From: Octopus vulgaris
Taxonomy: Eukaryota
Assembly (NCBI GenBank): GCA_951406725.2
Contig: OX597837.1
Span: forward strand, 1,674,001 to 1,738,000
DNA: 64,000 nt
Direction of reading: 5' to 3'
The notes beneath the pieces are model-generated. The model was not told where the DNA came from and did no database searches. It saw nothing but the letters and a program-made list of their open reading frames with translations. A program made the translations under genes and the position numbers. Below are positions 26,090-41,265 of the stretch, one piece after another (the stretch's first letter is position 1; every line of letters begins with the position of its first letter).

Positions 26090-27647
26090 TATATATACTA
26101 AAAATAAGAGCACAACATCCCTCAAATCACTCGCTCTTTTCTCTATAAATGCAAAGATAGTTTGAGTAATTAAGTTATTGAAAACGGGTCGGCTTTCGAC
26201 GGTTGGCCTCTGATCATAATTGTATTCGGTTAGGCTGATCCTAGGGCTAAACACAACGACCACAACAATATTTAATATTTATACAATCTCCAATTATGTG
26301 GGTTGCAAAAATCGAAAAGAGTCATACGTACGAGGATTATGGAGAATTGGATATACCAAACCTTGAACAGCATCAACGAGGATGAAAATCAGGGGAAGGA
26401 ATATAAGAGATGCTGCATGGATGGTAGTCGAACCAAGCAAGAAAGGTCAGGATTGGCCGAACACCGGTCACTTGGAAGGAGAGGAGAGAGGTATGGAGTA
26501 CATGGATTGAAGGATTATGGAGGGACGAGAGAGAAAAAAGGTAAGGGATAGAGTGAAATAAAGGAGGGGGAAGTGATGAGAAAGAAGGAAAGGTCAAGGA
26601 ATGTGAGAGAGGATGGAAGCGAGAAAAAGAAAAGTGGAAGCAACGAAGAAAGTGTGAGGGGGCTAAAGGAAAGAGTAAAAGAGTCGTACAGAATTTATAT
26701 ATATATTTAATATGTACTTAGATACAGGAGACCGAAAGTGTACGTACGCCGCTATAGGTATGTAAAAAAAATCAAAAGAAAAATTGGAAGAAGAACATAA
26801 CAGGCGACAAGAAAACATATGGACAGTTAGACGATACAAAAAAGGATAGGAAAAAAACAAGGACGGTTTATTCGGAGCTTTCAATATTCATATATATTTA
26901 TGGGTGTGCGTATATGTATCTATGCATGTATGTGTATATTACGTTATTATACTCAATCGATTGAAATTGCCACACACCACTGGTCACAGTGCATGTCCTC
27001 GCTTTATTTTTACTTTCGAATTATGCCACGCGGCTAGCAAGACGGCAAGCCTGATCGCAAGGTCAGTTCGTCGCAGGTTGAGCCATTTACAGCTTAGTGG
27101 ACTGGAGTGACGTAAAATTAAATGTTTTGTGTATTACAGGTATATCAAACACCATGGAGTACAACTTATAGCCTCGAGAGTTAGAGGCAGTTTTAATAAA
27201 TCTATAATTTATGTTGTATGGTAATTGACAGACCTGTATTTGTCTTGGTTATTCCTATAAACGCTACTGGCCACTCAGAGATATTTCCCATCTCGTAACA
27301 CATCTTAGACCATAAAAGTTGATTTTCTCTTGCCCTTCAAATCTCTAACGCCACTCTCCACATAGAACAAGTGGATTTCACAGACAAAAATAGGATATTT
27401 ATATCAAGACATATCCGGAATAAATTGTCTGGTAATGTATATTTGGCAATTAGTACAAGTAGAAAATTACTTAACGCATCATTGATTAATATATGAACTA
27501 ATTAATTCTATATAAGAACGTATTTCTCCATTTTCTTCACATTGAGTTTGAGGTTATCACCTCTAGATGGGACATGGGGTGCCTGACAAACGAGGTTCTC
27601 TGAATTTAACCTGGCTTGTCATAACATTTTCATACTTTCTCTCTCTC

Positions 27648-27757
<110 letters not shown>

Positions 27758-28405
27758 CACTAATCTTATATTGAGTTATTTTACCGTAGTCGTCTCTGCC
27801 TTTGTTTTATTTCTTCACATTATTGTTTGTATTTGTTTTCAAATATAATATAATTTTTCGTTGATATGAAACAGATGTTTATTTTTTAACTGAAATAGCA
27901 CTGACAGTGACTTCGAAGTTTCAACCATATAAACCACCATTGAAGTGTCCGATGATGACTTAGTGGGTCAAAACATCGAAGTCCCTTTCAGCACTATTTT
28001 TGTTCAGTTATATATGTCAGTATGCGTGTGTGTGTGTGTGTGTAGAATAGGCATATACAAGCATATACATATACATCATTAAATTTCTATACATCTATGT
28101 TTACATATGAGTGTGAGACGTATGCATATACAGATATATATTTGCATTTGCATAAATATACTATGTAGATATGCATATATTCATATAAATATGTCTATAT
28201 TTATAAATGATCGCTTAGCAGGTCGAAACTTCGATGTCACTGTCAGTACTATTCCTGTTAAAGAATAATAACAACTTACTCCAGAAAGGTACAGAGTAAA
28301 CCCACAGATTGATATAAAATTGTTTTTATTATAACTGAACATAAAAGCAAACAATATATATATATATATATACACACATATAGATAACTTATATATATAT
28401 ATATA

Positions 28406-29105
<700 letters not shown>

Positions 29106-29459
29106 ACATACATACATACATATATATGTACATATATATATATATACGTATATATGCGCATACATACACACAGATATACATAGAGATGTACTTATATACA
29201 TACATACACAAAAGGGTACCCGAAGAATAGGATATCTGACTCGCTAGAAAGAGCAGTTAAAACTCCAAGCCATCAATTGTTGTAATTCCGAAAGTGAACG
29301 TACACTATATTCTTCTCTGAATAATATATAGTCTATTGACTAATTTTTTCTTTCTCGCTTGACCACTGGTAACTAAGAATTTTTCGATGAATATTCTTGC
29401 TACCCTAAGATTTTAATTAATGATAAAATATATACATACATATATACATATACTCGCAC

Positions 29460-29498
<39 letters not shown>

Positions 29499-29588
29499 CA
29501 TATATATATGTATATATACACACACATACCTATGTATGTATATATATATATACATATATATATTTATACACGCATGCACACACACACA

Positions 29589-29649
<61 letters not shown>

Positions 29650-30102
29650 GCGCGCGCGCGCGCTCATATGTGGAAACGTAAAAGCTGTTAAGCGGGCCAA
29701 CTGGATATCTTGAAAGTTCTCAGTTCACACCAGGAAAAACACTGACGCAAATGACAAGTTCATCGTTTCAGAGACCTGTACAGCATTCTCTCTAATGTTT
29801 AGCGAAGGTTTAAAGGTTTAGGAAAGAAGCATTATTATAATGGAAGAATATCACGTGACCTATGGCGCTGACTCCTTCTAGTCTTGACGCATTGCGTTAT
29901 TACATTAGATGATACCTTCTTATCAGGAAATGCATTAAAGTTACGTAACACCGTTATTTTAGTATCTTTCCACTTCCGTCCTGCTCCAAAGGCGTATCAG
30001 TGTGTGTGTATGTATACGTATGTCTATATGTTTGCATATACATGTGTGTATACGTGTATATGGAACTTTTCCCTCAGTGATTAAACGCGCGTATAAGGAG
30101 CT

Positions 30103-30148
<46 letters not shown>

Positions 30149-30330
30149 ATATATAGTTATATATATATACATATATATATATACATATATATACATATAT
30201 ATATATATATAGATATATACATATATATTTACATACATATATATATAGAGAGAGAGAGATTTATATATATACGTATATATAGATATGTATAGAGAGAAAT
30301 CTATATATACATAAATATATATATACATTT

Positions 30331-30384
<54 letters not shown>

Positions 30385-30829
30385 TTATATATATATAGAG
30401 AGAGCTAGATAAATAGATACACATATTCATATTTGCACTACACTTCAGTGAACGTGGTTATATACATACACACACACACAAAACACAAACGCACACACAC
30501 AAACACACACACATACACATACATACACACACACATATATATAGAGAGAGATAGAGAGAGAGAGATTGTAACATTCTCTCTACCAGATATATCAATCCCA
30601 AACTGTACAATGTATATTGATCTATATCCACCTACACATGCAAGCTGATGCGCATGCGCTAAAGGTGTAACAACGACATCGACAACCTCATTAGCTGCAG
30701 ACCACTAAGAAGATAGAACGATTTTATAGATGAAGAAAAACAGATGACCACCGACCAGTCCTACCTTCGCAATATCGTGGCCAGTAGGCCGACCAGCAGC
30801 AGCAGCAGCCAACAAGACATAGCTTTTTT

Positions 30830-31045
30830 CCCTTTTGTATTTAAACTGGTCATTTGAATCCCAAATATTCTGGTTTATATTAGAACCGGCCAGCTCCAGC
30901 CTCTGGCGCCTATCCTACAATGTCATACTAAAAATGAACAAGCACATCATCAGAATCTCGAAACCATGAGATAATGCATGATTATTTCAAAACAATGTGA
31001 GCGAATAAGTATTACATTTGGCAGAGCATTCTGAATGCTAAAGGG
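30830..31045. mobile_element. piggyBac-like MITE
   Basis: Left ccctt(t)tgtattt and right aatgctaaaggg form imperfect CCC..GGG TIRs. The right end is followed by tta, a partial TTAA site. Confidence 0.5.
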
Positions 31046-31319
31046 TTACTGAGCCACACAGTGTCCTTTTGGAACTTTTGTTTTGGTTATGCGCAGCAAT
31101 TCGTAATATGCGCATAGATATGATCACACTCGCCACCTGCACCTCACTCGGCAACTGGTTCTCACAATGACAAACTCGGGGATCATCCAAATTGAAGAAA
31201 AGAAAACTGAAATATTTTTTCCCACTCTCCTAATTTTTTTTACTTTTCGTTTTTCGTCGTAAGAAATTGCCAAACAAGGCAAAAGCCAGTTCGTGTAAGG
31301 GACTTTGAAAAAGGAGAAC

Positions 31320-31700
31320 TCAAAATGAATTGAATAAATTTACTTTTGACTTGAAATGGTCATAAGTAGGAGGAAGATAATGAGATGGAAGAGAGTTCCA
31401 AAATCTGGCATTCCGAGAGAAGAAGTGACTATTTTAGAAAGACTTGCTGGTTTGTGGAAGCACATCAGCATTTGTATGAAGATGCTGTGAGTCTGGTCAG
31501 ATGGCACAAAGGGAATGAAACTATGAGAGAAAGTTCATCAGAGTAATTTCCTGTGGTAATAACGATGAAAATGAGAATTCTATGTAACAAAGGTTGCAGA
31601 GTTGAAGCCAGGGACGGACCAATCAGAATCGCTTCTGACTAAGGCGAAAACAAATTGGCTCATTCTAATTCCAGTTTCTTTATTTTGGACAAGTTTAAAA
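31320..31700 (-). mobile_element. Degenerate Jockey/I-like LINE ORF2 C-terminus
   Basis: Minus strand FHRYYH..(fs)SDEL and FFSRNARFWNSLPSHYLPPTYDHFK (FFxRxxxxWNSLP..FK). Confidence 0.6.
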
Positions 31701-32257
31701 GATCTAAACCTCCTCTGTTTTGAGACACAACAATTTCTCCTCCAAACTTTATGGAAGAAATTTTGTCCGAACACTTTAGAAATTGGAATGAAACACTAGA
31801 TAAATGCAGACAAAGAAATTCTTCTATAAAGGCGTAGTGGTCGTTACTGGAATACCTTTTACCACAGGCATACTTCCTTAGAGTTCGACAGTTGCTAAAC
31901 GACAGAATGCGTAAACCTTTTCGCATGCGCATGTTTCTATGTATACACGCATATATTTATATGTGGACACCTATGTGTTTATAGCGCATTAAAAGCAGAT
32001 ATATATATATATATCCTCATATATATATATAGGTTACATGCACAAACATACACATATATATATATATATACACACATGCACACACACACTTATATACACA
32101 CGCACACATACATATCTGTATACACACACACACACTGATAGGCTGAGAAAAAAGACGGGTAGAGAGCGCTCGTAGTTATATAGTGCATGTCATCTTGTAT
32201 GTGAAAATACGTGTTGTTATGTGCACCTTTTAGATAATTGTATTACTCTATATCCAC

Positions 32258-32342
<85 letters not shown>

Positions 32343-32626
32343 GATGTTGAAGGCAATAAAACATGGAATGCCTGTAAAATTAACTAAAATTTCAGCTGAG
32401 AAAAGTTCAAAAGATTATTTCTCAAGTTGTTTATGAGAGGGGGGAGCGGCGAGTGTCTGATGCAACAAACACTAATTTGGAAGTAGTTTATGCAACTAAC
32501 ACTAACTTAATTAGCCTCATTAATGTTTATACTTCCATAGTTACGCAGTAGTAATGTCTGTTACACACACATGTCTGTAATATGTAATACTATCTTTCTT
32601 TATCTCTCTCTCTCTCTCTCTCTCTC

Positions 32627-32713
<87 letters not shown>

Positions 32714-33351
32714 GTATGTATGTATGTATATGTCACAGAAGTGGTTTGATTAAGATAGAAGTCTGTGTGTCATACGTTATGTAAATACATGATAAAAGGC
32801 AAATTTACTTCGGTATTCTTCTAACGATAATATTTCTTATGGACGTGCAGTGTTTAAAAACAAAATATATATTAGTGGGAGGCGAAAATCGTCTCCGCCA
32901 CTGGTGCTGAGAAAACTGTATGTATTTCTTGCTCGTTGGATTCTATCAATAGCCTGTACTTAAATACCATTTCATGCCTTTAGATATTTAAATCCCACTT
33001 AAATTCCACCTCATGCCTTTAGATATTTAAGAAACAGTGGATCAACAATCACTGACGATGCAAGTTGCCGCCCGGTTGTTTGAAAATCCCTTATATACAG
33101 CGGAAGCAGTATAAGATTCAAGTAGCTAGCTGTTTGTCAGACTTAATGTATACACATATGAATTTAGTCACAAACTCACATTGAGATACAACCCTCCTCA
33201 CCGGCATCTGATTGAAATTCCTCAAGATATAATCTGCTACAATCAAACTACTAGTTGTAATTACGCATGGCCTCATCTTGTGTCCGTAGAGAGATGGTAT
33301 TGGAGGAATTTTGTTGGACATCCGTGTATATATGTCCTGCAAAACGCATGC

Positions 33352-33413
<62 letters not shown>

Positions 33414-34123
33414 ACAGTGAATGCAGTCTATGTTAAATCGAATTTATTTCACAGTGAGATATTCAGTACAGCTTGCAACTGCTATTGAAATATTATTAAC
33501 TGGCATAGCTATTTTAGTGTCTCAGAATTTTAGAGTTTCGTGCCAAATCACTTTTCAAACAGATTTAGAAATTGTTAGCCTTCATGGAAATCGATAGAAT
33601 TTTCTACAAAATGCTTGTAACGTAACGTGAATACAACACATAATTTTGAAAACTTACTAGCACAGTCAAACGTTCACATTTTGCGCACTGCAATACTGTG
33701 ATACTATGCACTGAATTATACTGCAATACTGTGATATTGCTTAAAATATCAAAGACAAATTTATAAGCTGATTCCTCGGAATTTTGGTAAGAGGAATTTG
33801 TTCAATAACGACGAGTGAATCGTCCTAATTGTGGGTTGATCTCATTTCCCAACGAGATTGTCTTGTAAGTAGCTTCATGTGAGGCAATTACATTGTTGGT
33901 GGAACCATACTAGCCAGCCACAACTCACAGAAGTTGTTGAATCCTTTTATTTGTAAGAACTTTGTCATGGATACAGATCCAATGGTCTGCCAAGATGTTT
34001 TACATATTTGAATGAGAGTGTGTGTGTGTGTGTGTGAGGGAGAGAGAAAGAAAGAAGATACAATTACTATAGATAGCTACATACACACACAGAGTTGCAT
34101 ATATGTATCATATATATGTACAC

Positions 34124-34185
<62 letters not shown>

Positions 34186-35212
34186 GTATGTGTGCGTGCG
34201 TGTGTGTATGTGTGTGTGTGTGCAGGCACGAGATGTGTGTATATAAATATAATTATATACAATGCATTCATCATCAAAAACAAACACACATGTAACCACA
34301 ACGTTACAGAATAAATAAACTGACCGCCTCTTGAATTATTAAGACTTGCTTTAATCATGCATATGTCTTTGGAACACACAGTATAATTAATGGCGGACAT
34401 AAACACCGTAAATTTTGCTACAAACATTTGACATCAATAATGGCGTCTTCTACAATATCATAGTCAGTGTTTGCAACCACAGTAATTTCTCAGTCTGGCA
34501 CAAGGCCACACTCTTAATTTGGATCGAGGTCCTGACTTGGTGTGGTATTAATCAATGTTAGCTTCGCCATCGCTAGATCTGTGTTCGCCTCTCACTTGGG
34601 TAGGTTTTTGTACGCAACTCCTTCGCAGACGCCAATATCGTGTGAATGAAGTTGTTCTAGTTGAGGCCTGCGAGAAAGCTGATTGGCGGAACCTCTGTTT
34701 CAAGTTTTTCACATGTAAAATTCATCTTTTACTCCCTTTTAACTCCATCATTTGTTTCGTGGATTCTTCATTGAGAGTTCATATAATTGCATCATTTCAC
34801 ATCAGGCCACTAGTCTAAGGAGGACAACACACTCTTTTTATGTTCACTAGTCTTGGGTGATCGTGTTAAACGTTCATTGACACTCCGTGGAAGGATCTTT
34901 AGAGCGTCGAACAAACTGCCTTGGGCTCTTTCTTCCTGAGTTCAATTCATGTCCAAGTCAATTTTGCCCTTCATCATTTCATTGTCGAGAAATTAAATTA
35001 TCAGTGAAGTAATGGCGTCGATAGTATTGACTTACACCTCCTCCAAATTTCTAACACTTTGTACGTATGGCAAGAAACATTAAAATCCCATGAGGTCAGC
35101 TTCGCATATTATGCCTTCGACATTGATAAAATTAATTACTAGTTATAAACTGGGGCCAGTGTAAACGACTGAATTTTGATCCTTAAGTGTTTGATATTCT
35201 GCTGGTATTAGC

Positions 35213-35270
<58 letters not shown>

Positions 35271-35272
35271 CA

Positions 35273-35305
<33 letters not shown>

Positions 35306-35309
35306 GGCT

Positions 35310-35890
35310 AGTGCATTCTAATTTAGTTTGGAGATATTTTATCCTGGGGTTTTGTGACAACAAGTCTCCTCAAATCTCAAGAATCTTGCTTAGAATTCTT
35401 GCAAAATATAGAATGGTAATTTTCTTCAAGTCGACAACGCGAGTTTCAATTCCAATCTATCCCAGTCTTTTAGGTAGCATTTTTAGGGTGTTGTGCCAAG
35501 TTCACCAATTACTACTGGAAGAATTGTTGCCTTGGTCCTCCACAGACTCCTCGCTTCTCTGCCTAGATCCTGATATTTCTCAATTGTTTCCAAATTCCTT
35601 GTTATCGAATCTGTTATCTCAGGGAATAACAAAACCTCTCATCTTAGCATTGTTTTCTTTATTTTGTGTTCTATAAACATGTCTGGTTTTCTTGCCTCAA
35701 TAACACGGTCAGTTTTTATGACGAAGTTCCACAAGATCTTGTAATTCTCATTTTCTATCACAGCCTCTGGTTCATACAACTCTCCTGTTGCTTTGAAACC
35801 ACACACTCGGCTAACATCCCAATGCATTCTTTTGCCTACAGAGTCATGTCTGCGTTTATACACTTTTGGTGCTATTACACTGCACTCAGT
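35310..35890 (-). mobile_element. R4/Dong-like REL fragment next to (ATT)n
   Basis: ECSVIAPKVYKRRHD..HW..ENENYKILWNFVIKTDRVIEARKPD. The 3' end abuts the repeat at 35213-35303. Confidence 0.85.
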
Positions 35891-35894
35891 CAAA

Positions 35895-36067
35895 AGTATC
35901 TTAGCGGTTTTTTGTCTGTCTTTACGTACTGAGTTCAAATTCCGCCGAGGTTGACTTTGCCTTTCATCCGTTCGGGGTCGATGAGTTAATTACCAGTTGC
36001 GTAATGGAGTCGATCTAATCGACTAGCGCCATCTCCCAAAATTTCAAGCCTTGCGCCTATAGAAGAA

Positions 36068-36070
<3 letters not shown>
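35895..36070 (+). mobile_element. SINE B (head truncated) with (ATT)n tail
   Basis: Family B consensus followed by (ATT)n. Confidence 0.8.
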
Positions 36071-36126
<56 letters not shown>

Positions 36127-36451
36127 CATTGCTGTTATTTCGTGGTCATCGAATAAAAAGCATTTTAGATCGAACCACGCATTTGTCTGATATTGTTTTA
36201 CAACCTGTGGCGGTGGGGATGATCAGTTTGACGACTATTGTGGCGGCGTTGGTGATGATTGTGGCGGCGTTGGTGATGAATATATGGATCATAATGCCGA
36301 TGATAGTGATCACGATGATCGTGATGATGTTAGTGATAATGATGTCGATGACTATGATGATGTCAACTCATTAGATGATTAATTTGATTAACCCATCTCA
36401 TTTTATATCATTGCCATTGTATCAACGTATTCTCTTCTCCCTCTACTGCAG

Positions 36452-36566
36452 GCCTTGCAGGGCCATCTAGCGATTGGTCAAGAAATCAGTTCGGTAAACA
36501 TCACCAATTCTTTTGAGGTTGTCACCCAACTTGGTGAAATCCTCAAGTTGTGGAAGTCAAATGGAG
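36452..36566 (+). CDS. Internal exon of the FAS1 gene (YH-motif region); too short for the ORF track
   Basis: Acceptor tctcttctccctctactgcag, donor G|gtaagt. The phase 0 start matches the previous exon. ALQGHLAIGQEISSVNITNSFEVVTQLGEILKLWKSNG supplies the expected LxxH and TxxG elements. Ends in phase 1, the same phase that precedes the H2 exon of the previous repeat. Confidence 0.85.
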
Positions 36567-36703
36567 GTAAGTACAAAACTATTTTACAACGAAAATCTAT
36601 AGCATGTTTTTTTTAAAATCGGGGGTGTATTATTAACCCTTATTTTTCCTTTATTCATTTCTTTTTCTTCTTTCTATAATTATTATTATTATTATTGTTA
36701 TTA

Positions 36704-36768
<65 letters not shown>

Positions 36769-36869
36769 TGATATTCCTTTATTTTTATGCAAGTTGTTCC
36801 ATGTCTCTCCCAGAGACCTTAAACCATTGTTTGATATTGTTATTATTGTATTGTTGTTGTTATTAATAT

Positions 36870-37550
36870 TGTTATATTCCTCTGATGGGGGCGCGATAAG
36901 ATAATGTAAGAATCAAGTAATGCTACCGATGCAATCAAGTAAACGCAGCTCTGTGTGCCTTGGGTATGTGCTGTGATTTGTTGTGATGCTCTGATGGTTA
37001 TTGTATGGAAAGTGTTCTGCGTAGGATGTGTGCAGTGCCTAGTAGTGCAATTTTCTGTATGTTATATGTGTTTGTAAGTCCTGGTGTTTTTGTTATGTAT
37101 TTGTCTGAATATTTTTTTATTATGCCTAATGCTATGATAGGAATTGTTTCTGTTTTTAGATTCCACATTCTGGTTACCTCTATTTCCAGGTCTTTGTATT
37201 TTGAAAGTTTCTCCATTTCTTTTAGAGACACGTTGTCATCTGCCGGTATTGATACATCAATTAGAAAGCATTTTTTTTCTTCATGATCTCTGACAACTAT
37301 ATCTGGTCTGTTGGCCTTAATTTCTCTATCTGTATGTATCGGCATATCCCAGAGTATGGTTGCTTTCTCGTTTTCTGTGACCTTTTCTGGTGTGTGCCCA
37401 TACCATCTTTTTTCTGTTGTTATTCCATAATGTTGGCATAGCTTCCAGTGTATGTAGGTTCCAACTCTGTCATGTCTGTGAATATATTCCTTCTTAACCA
37501 GGACTGGGCAGCCAGAGATAATATGATTTATTGTTTCTTGTCCATCTCCA

Positions 37551-37551
<1 letters not shown>
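36870..37551 (-). mobile_element. R4/Dong-like REL fragment between (ATT)n tracts, a distinct subfamily
   Basis: EYIHRHDRVG..ILWDMPIHTDREIKANRPDIVV..LIDVSIPADDNVSLKEMEKLSKYKDLEIE..IQKIALLGTAHILRRTL* is a well-preserved PD-(D/E)xK REL domain. Confidence 0.9.
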
Positions 37552-37605
<54 letters not shown>

Positions 37606-37608
37606 GTT

Positions 37609-37647
<39 letters not shown>

Positions 37648-38543
37648 ATTATTATTAGGGAATTGCATTATCTCGTCTTTGAGTTTTAACTTCCAGTGAA
37701 TGTATTTATAGTTGCCCTTCAGTTCTTTTCTTATACCGTTTACAATCCATTGGTTGTCTTTAAAGTTTGTCTTAAGTGTATAACTTATAGTTCAGCTAAA
37801 ACACGAATAAAACCTAAACAAAACCAAACTTTCATTGGTTGTTTAACAGTAAAATGTTACACATGCATAAGTAAACCATTGTATTAACGTATGTTAAGCA
37901 TGTATGTCAACATATGTGTAACACTGTATGAGAGTATAAAAATGTAATGTGAAGTTGTGCGTAAAACAATGTATTAACGGATATATAAACACTGGATTAT
38001 GTACATAATACCTTGTGAAATGATGTCTGTGAAGGTTAAGCTCCGTAAAATAATGTGCTTACGTAAAACAATGTGTCTGTGTATGTAAAATTTTCTGTTA
38101 ATGAATTACAGCGAAGTGATTCATATGTTTAAGGTCAATGTTTTAATATGTGTTCACGTGTGTAAACTGGTGTGTTTATGCAACAAAATGTGTTTAAGTA
38201 TGTAGAACTCTTGTTTGACTTTACGTTAAAGGCTTTGTTGACGAATGTATCAAAAGGTGTCTTCGTATGCAACGAAATGTGTTTACGTATGTAAGATGTG
38301 TTGCCATAAGTGAAATGCTTTTCATGTAACAAGGTGTGATTAGGTATGTAACATGTTGCGTTTGCTTATGTAAAAGATACAGTTTGGCGTATGTAACAAA
38401 AATGTGTTTTCGTATACAACGAGATGTGTTTCGGTATGTGAAATTAAGAGTACGTGTTTAAGAAAATGCTTCTGATTGTAAATTAATGCGCTTACGCATG
38501 TAACGAGATGTGCTTGCATATATATATAAAAAGAAGTGTTTAC

Positions 38544-38690
38544 CGCAATGGCCCAGTGGTTAGAGCAGCGGACTCGCGGCTGTAGGATCGCGGTTTCGAT
38601 TTCCAGACCGGGCGTTGTGAGTGTTTATTGAGCAAAAACACCTAAAGCTCAACGAGGCTCCGGCAGGTGGTGGTGTCGATCCCTGCTGTT
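38544..38690 (+). mobile_element. SINE family C 5' part (tRNA-derived head)
   Basis: gcaatggcccagtggttagagcagcggactcgcgg..ggtttcgatttcc (A and B boxes); same family as 51515-51787. Confidence 0.85.
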
Positions 38691-38699
38691 CAGAGAATA

Positions 38700-39090
38700 G
38701 GCGTAGGAGTGGCTGTGTGGTAAGTAGCTTGCTTACGAACCACATGGTTCCGGGTTCAGTCCCACTTTGGCAAGTGTCTTCTACCATAGCCTCGGGCCGA
38801 CCAAAGCCTTGTGAGTGGATTTGGTAGACGGAAACTGAAAGAAGCCCGTCGTATATATGTATAGGCGGTGCTCCAGCATGGCCACAGTCAAATGACTGAA
38901 ACAAGTAAAATAGTAAAATATATATGTATGTGTGTGCATATGTTTGTGTGTCTGTGTTTGTCTCCCCAACATCGCTTGACAACCGATGCTGGTGTGTTTA
39001 CGTCCCCGTAACTTAGCAGTTCGGCAAAAGTGACCGATAGAATAAGTACTAGCCTTACAAATGACTGACACAAGTAAAAGAGTAAAAGAG
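38700..39090 (+). mobile_element. SINE A with an extra tail fragment inside its internal TA tract
   Basis: Order is head, TA, tail, TA, middle, shortened tail. Confidence 0.8.
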
Positions 39091-39507
39091 TATAAAAAAT
39101 TACGTGTTTACACTTCTGAAGCGACGTTTTGTGATGTTTTTACAAATGCAAAAGGGTGTTTCGTATGAAAAGGTGATCTCTTTATGAATGTAAAAAAACA
39201 AAAATCTGTATGAATCTCAAATAGTGCGTTAGGTATAACAAATGATACATTTATAACGTAGGTCTGTTTCCGCGTATAAAATGATACGTTAACACAAGTA
39301 GGATATCGTTTAAACTCTCCAGTCCATACGTGTTACTAAACTTCATACTGTCACAGAACACTCACACAATATTTTCTCATATAACGTATAAAACACTGCA
39401 GAATATTATTCGGCTATTTTGTAAAATAAACGATAGACTAACCGATAGAAAACGTGTTAAGATATATAAATGTTATGTAAACGCGAGCAGAATGTTGTGC
39501 CAATATA

Positions 39508-39575
<68 letters not shown>

Positions 39576-39621
39576 TAGATAGATAGATATATATCGATAT
39601 ATATATATATATATATATAAA

Positions 39622-39681
<60 letters not shown>

Positions 39682-40758
39682 TCTATGTGAAATATACATA
39701 TATATACGTGTCTTCCGATATACTCATACACACACACACACGTGTGTGTGTGTGCATCTGTTGTTCCTTTTTTCACTTACATACTTAACAATATACACAC
39801 AGACAGACAACCGTTTAATCATGTTTCCATTCCTTTGATCTTGTCTATATTATATATTTATGTATTTATGTTCTTTCCATTTGTTTATTTCCACCTTTAT
39901 TTATTTATTTATTTATTTATTTATGGTATATTTCCTTGCTGACCCCGATATTTATGTTGTTGTTGTCGCTGCTATTTCTTTTTTTTTGTTTTTTATTTGT
40001 TTTTGTTGTTTTTTTTTAAATATAATTGCTCGTTTTCCTCCTTTTTAATTTGAGTTTGTTTCGTTAATGTCGGTTCCTCTGAAAACAAAGTTCGGAAAAG
40101 ATTGGTCCCCCACTTTGTTTCCCTCTTTCCCCCAATATGTTATTGGAAGCTGGACACCTAAGGAGCCTGTAGCTTCTGGCTCAAATGCCAAGAAATAACA
40201 GCCAAATCGCTCTGGAATCGTACTGTTAGTCTTTAGAACTGGATATAGTAGAGAATGGTGTGATGTAGAAGAAGAATTTAGAAGAAGAATTTCGGAGGTG
40301 AAGAATTTTAGAGGTCAAGAAGAATTTAGAAGATGAAGAAGAATTTATGAGATGAAGAATAGAAGTATTTAGAAGGAGAAGATTGTAGAAGAAAAATAAT
40401 GTACACAAAGAAGAGGAAGAATTTAGAAGAACTTTAAAGAAAAAATAGAAGGAAAAGGTGAAAGAAAAAGAAGACTACTTACGAAAAAGAAAAGTTGGGG
40501 AAAGAGAAGATGACGAAGAAGAAAGAGAAGGAAAGAGTAGGAGTAGAAGAGGAAATTATGAAATGGTAATGATGGAATCTGTGTGATGGTATGTCTCCTG
40601 ATTTAGATCGAAGTAACAACACAATAATATAAAAAACCGTATTAACAAACACATCAATAATACATGCAATATAATAATAAGAAGAACATCAAACACGACG
40701 ATAAGAAATATACCAACAACCACAATAACAACAGCAACAACACAATCATCATTATCAA

Positions 40759-40810
<52 letters not shown>

Positions 40811-40866
40811 TAATTATTACTACAGTGGTGGAACTTGTAGATCATTCGATAATATATTATTCAATA

Positions 40867-41001
40867 GGCGCAGGAGTGGCTGTGTGGTAAGTAGCTTGCT
40901 AAACAACCACATAGTTCCGGGTTCAGTTCCACTGCGTGGCACCTTGGGCCGACCAAAGCCTTGGGATTGGATTTGGTAGACAGAAACTGAAAAAGCCCGT
41001 C

Positions 41002-41069
<68 letters not shown>

Positions 41070-41265
41070 GTATGTGTGTGTTTGTACGCTTGACTATTTA
41101 AGTTGGTGTGTTTGCGTCCCCGTAACTTAGCGGTTCGGCAAAAGACTGATAGAATTAGTACTAGGCTTACAAAGAATAAGTCCTGGGGTCGAAGTTGTTC
41201 GACTAAAGGCGGTACTCCAGCATGGCCGCAGTCAGATGACTGAAACACGTAAAAGAAATAAAAGA
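40867..41265 (+). mobile_element. SINE A, near full-length with internal deletions
   Basis: ggcgcaggagtggctgtgtggtaag...ctccagcatggccgcagtcagatgactgaaac. Confidence 0.9.

Larger units (their letters stand above)
37850..39300. repeat. Highly degenerate ~21-22-bp minisatellite (approximately TATGTAACAAAATGTGTTTACG) interrupted by SINEs
   Basis: Recurrent units such as tatgcaacaaaatgtgtttaag, tatgcaacgaaatgtgtttacg, tatgtaacaaaaatgtgttttcg and catgtaacgagatgtgcttgca. Confidence 0.65.

Noticed and set aside
37850-38520. CRISPR-like periodicity
   Set aside because: No conserved repeat with unique spacers, and the context is eukaryotic.
40230-40560. GAAGAAGAATTT-rich tract resembling an acidic coding region
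   Set aside because: Stops are frequent and there are no splice signals; it is a low-complexity purine repeat.
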